Shown one piece after another: positions 61,692 to 64,000 of a stretch of DNA of 64,000 nt (its first letter is position 1; every line of letters begins with the position of its first letter). Source of the stretch: Nanobdellota archaeon (GTDB lineage: Archaea > Nanobdellota > Nanobdellia > Woesearchaeales > UBA10107); contig JBHPFU010000001.1 in assembly GCA_042571125.1 (NCBI GenBank), forward strand, positions 193,225-257,224. Direction: 5' to 3'. The translations under genes and the position numbers were made by a program. Below the pieces are notes generated by a model that did not search any database, was not told the origin of the DNA, and saw nothing but the letters and a program-made list of their open reading frames with translations.

Positions 61692-61699
61692 GCAACAAA

Positions 61700-62659
61700 T
61701 CAATGAGCCATAGATATTTTAGCTTCTATTAAATCATTCAATAATTCTAAAGAACCTTGCATTTCTACAAGCATCCAATATTCTTTATAAGGAATCTTTT
61801 TTTCAGCGGCTAGTTCTTTCATTTTAATTGCAGCACCATACCGGTCTTTACTTAATTTATCAACCTTTTTAATATCAAATTTATAGAAGAAATCATAATA
61901 ATCTCTCCATGATTGAATTACTAGAAGGAGTAATTCAATCGTCTCAGTTTTCAATGGTTTAGAATAATCTGCTACTTTTCTAGCGCAGAATTTCAAAGAA
62001 TCAGTTATTTTATCTAGATTTGCAATTATATGATACATAAAAAAAGCATTTTTTTTGTCTTCAAATTTTCCTTTGTTTATAACTCTTAAACAATAACTAA
62101 CAAATTTAGATATTGTGTTATGTTTCTCATATATTGTTTCAATAAGAGCTTTATCGGTTGTTTTTACTCCCGTCATTAGATCATCTGAAGCATCCATTAA
62201 AAGCAAAAATAATCTTCTTAAAACTATTTCAAATTCCTTTGGAGATGGCTCTGTTATGCTTCTTACAATACATGAATTTTCTTTTTGCCCCGTTATTTCA
62301 ACGCCCGTCAATCGATTTACTTCTTCATGGATTACAGAGACTACTCTATTATTTTTTCCTTCCCTATAATGGGGGCATGTCTGATTATTAAATGTGATTC
62401 TTATAACATCATAGCCTTTTCTATAAACGCTTCTTATTAAGTACATTATAGAAGTTCTATCTAAACCATCAAGACAAAGCTCAATCTCTTCTGGTTTTCT
62501 TTCTGAATCAATAAACTTAGGAGTTAAGAGAAGATTTCCTTCTTGTTCATCTAATGTTACTAAGTCTCCTTTTTTTAAGTTATTCTTATCAACCCAACTT
62601 TTAGGCAAGGAGACTACGCTAGAAGAGTTTCCAAATTTGATTAGTTTTCTATATTCCAT
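61700..62659 (-). CDS. AbrB/SpoVT DNA-binding domain fused to a PhoU-like domain (archaeal PhoU-type regulator)
   Basis: N-terminal KLIKFGNSSSVVSLPKSWVDKNNLKKGDLV (swapped-hairpin AbrB/SpoVT signature), followed by a helical region of about 220 aa typical of PhoU-domain regulators. Confidence 0.7.
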   Translation of the reverse strand: MEYRKLIKFGNSSSVVSLPKSWVDKNNLKKGDLVTLDEQEGNLLLTPKFIDSERKPEEIELCLDGLDRTSIMYLIRSVYRKGYDVIRITFNNQTCPHYREGKNNRVVSVIHEEVNRLTGVEITGQKENSCIVRSITEPSPKEFEIVLRRLFLLLMDASDDLMTGVKTTDKALIETIYEKHNTISKFVSYCLRVINKGKFEDKKNAFFMYHIIANLDKITDSLKFCARKVADYSKPLKTETIELLLLVIQSWRDYYDFFYKFDIKKVDKLSKDRYGAAIKMKELAAEKKIPYKEYWMLVEMQGSLELLNDLIEAKISMAH

Positions 62660-62803
62660 TGTTATTCACCCGCCCCTTTGTCTATGTTGTTGGAATATCT
62701 GCGAATAAGCATATACCCCTGTTATAGTATATATAGTATATGGAAAAAGTATATATTAATAAATGTTTCTATACTATATATTAACCTCGGTGGGGTGATG
62801 TAT

Positions 62804-62953
62804 ATGCGAGATATTGACCTTATAACGGAAGAAGAAGACTATTTGGAGGATTTTGACTTTTATTCAGAAAACCTCAGAGAAGACATGCTGGAGGAGGATG
62901 GGCTGTCATCATCTGAAGCAGCGTTTATGCAGGGATATGAAGAAGCTGAATAA
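62804..62953 (+). CDS. Small acidic protein (about 49 aa)
   Basis: The track ORF (from 62678) begins in an AT-rich promoter region with implausible sequence. GGTGAT (SD, 62794-62799) precedes the ATG at 62804 (MRDIDLITEEEDYLEDFDF...). An oligo-T run follows the stop. Confidence 0.45.
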   Translation: MRDIDLITEEEDYLEDFDFYSENLREDMLEEDGLSSSEAAFMQGYEEAE

Positions 62954-63031
62954 GTTTACACATTTTTTCTTATATTTTTAATATAGGGCTCTATTCTGTT
63001 AATATAAGCCACTCTGGAGTGGTAAACAATC

Positions 63032-63045
63032 AAAAAGTTTATATA
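63032..63045 (+). promoter_or_regulatory. BRE/TATA promoter (AAAAAGTTTATATA) for the cupin gene
   Basis: The TATA starts 31 nt before the ATG at 63069. The palindrome CCACTC-TG-GAGTGG (63009-63022) lies just upstream. Confidence 0.5.
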
Positions 63046-63068
63046 TATCAGATACTTATCATTTTTTT

Positions 63069-63923
63069 ATGAAGCCTAAAGATGAGTTTAAAAATAGGGG
63101 AAATACTCCTCATGGTATGTCAGATCAACTAAATTCAGAGAATGGATACCCTTCTATTTCTTTAGAAAAACCAGTATATGAGGCATTAGAAGCAAAAAAA
63201 AGAAATGGTAAAATTGATCTTTATCTTGGCGGTATTTCTGTTGTTTCTTTCTCTGGTTTGAATGGTACTGAACCTGGCGAAGGGGAAGCAATTATGTTGG
63301 GTGATATTAGAGGGAGCTTGGCGCTTAATCCTGACCTGTTTAATGGAGCACATTCGTTAGAAAAAAACGGAACAAAATCAGATATGAAAAATCTTGCGAA
63401 AACTTTCTTTGGAGTTAATGGAGACAATTATGTTGCATTAGTTCAATATCTTTCTCCAAGAGGAGAAAGCCATGAACACTACCACACGTTAGATGAAACA
63501 ATTGTTCAGCTTGTTGGAAGAAGTTATCTTGAATTTAGATCTGTTGATGATGATACGTCAGTAGATAAAATCGAACTTATCCCTGGAGATATACAAAAGA
63601 TTCCTCCGAATTTATCGCATGTTGTCAAAACAGCAGACAAAGGAAGCATAACAGTACCGATAAAACAGACAATCAATGGCAAGAAAGATCATCTTTATGC
63701 TCTTAAAAGTGAAAAAAGAATGAGCGGGGAAGTAGAGAGATTGATTGTTGTTCCACATTATAATTCAGGTAATGAAATGATAGAAGCATTATCAGATTAT
63801 TATGCTGAACTTTCTAATCCAGATAAAAAAACTTTTGAAAAACACGTAATGAATAGATTAAAACAAGAAGGAAACCCTAATATTAGAGTTGTTTTAGAAG
63901 AAGTAATCGGACCTCAATTATGA
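63069..63923 (+). CDS. Cupin-domain metalloprotein (sugar-phosphate isomerase-like)
   Basis: Cupin motif 1 GESHEHYHTLDETIVQLVG fits G-x5-HxH-x3-E-x6-G. Motif 2 GDIQKIPPNLSH fits G-x5-P-x-x-x2-H. Confidence 0.7.
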   Translation: MKPKDEFKNRGNTPHGMSDQLNSENGYPSISLEKPVYEALEAKKRNGKIDLYLGGISVVSFSGLNGTEPGEGEAIMLGDIRGSLALNPDLFNGAHSLEKNGTKSDMKNLAKTFFGVNGDNYVALVQYLSPRGESHEHYHTLDETIVQLVGRSYLEFRSVDDDTSVDKIELIPGDIQKIPPNLSHVVKTADKGSITVPIKQTINGKKDHLYALKSEKRMSGEVERLIVVPHYNSGNEMIEALSDYYAELSNPDKKTFEKHVMNRLKQEGNPNIRVVLEEVIGPQL

Positions 63924-64000
63924 ACTCTCCATTTCTCTTTCTGCGCATGTCTTTTGTCAAGATTTCTGGTTAAATATCTCCCGCCAATAACAACCGAACC

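Noticed and set aside
1-64000. Search for tRNA, rRNA, SRP RNA or RNase P RNA, and for mobile elements or prophage borders around the 31-kb surface island
   Set aside because: Intergenic spacers are short (mostly under 120 nt), AT-rich and occupied by promoters. By eye I found no GC-rich cloverleaf-like segment and no integrase, transposase or flanking direct repeats. A covariance-model scan (tRNAscan-SE/Infernal) would be needed to exclude small RNAs formally.
63914-64000. Possible 3' end of a minus-strand gene running off the right edge (reverse frame ...VVIGGRYLTRNLDKRHAQKEKWRVHN*, stop at 63914-63916)
   Set aside because: Only about 29 codons are visible, with no motif. That is too short to separate from chance in this window.

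Overview
AT-rich archaeal chromosomal segment. The archaeal assignment rests on class I LysRS, Pth2, SRP54, a DRG-type GTPase, a diphthamide-pathway PP-loop protein, TrmB, form III RuBisCO, and BRE/TATA boxes about 30 nt upstream of most start codons. Gene density and composition fit a small-genome DPANN-like archaeon (Woesearchaeota/Pacearchaeota style), but that placement is inference only. I support about 52 protein-coding genes and found no rRNA, tRNA, CRISPR array, integrase or transposase. Housekeeping genes lie at 1-11.9 kb and 43-64 kb: metG, thrS, lysK, pth2, srp54, a DRG GTPase, an M29 aminopeptidase, an ABC transporter, RuBisCO and others. They flank a block of about 31 kb (11.9-42.8 kb) that encodes only secreted or membrane proteins with no family I can name. 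The block has two parts. (i) Two tandem paralogous cassettes of about 10 kb on the + strand (13.1-23.7 kb and 23.7-33.7 kb). Each encodes a 600-700 aa protein with a class III (type IV pilin-like) N-terminus, giant Cys-rich secreted protein(s), two accessory proteins and a conserved polytopic membrane protein. (ii) A convergent four-gene operon on the - strand (42.8 to 34.6 kb). It encodes a secreted Thr/Pro-linker protein, a 1389-aa Cys-rich protein ending in a hydrophobic segment plus an HExxH domain, a 76-aa zinc-ribbon protein, and a 732-aa protein with four tandem Cys/Trp repeats. A TrmB regulator sits immediately upstream. This block is my best candidate for an undescribed system, possibly a cell-surface or host-interaction apparatus. 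All homology statements come from motif reading by eye; no searches were run.
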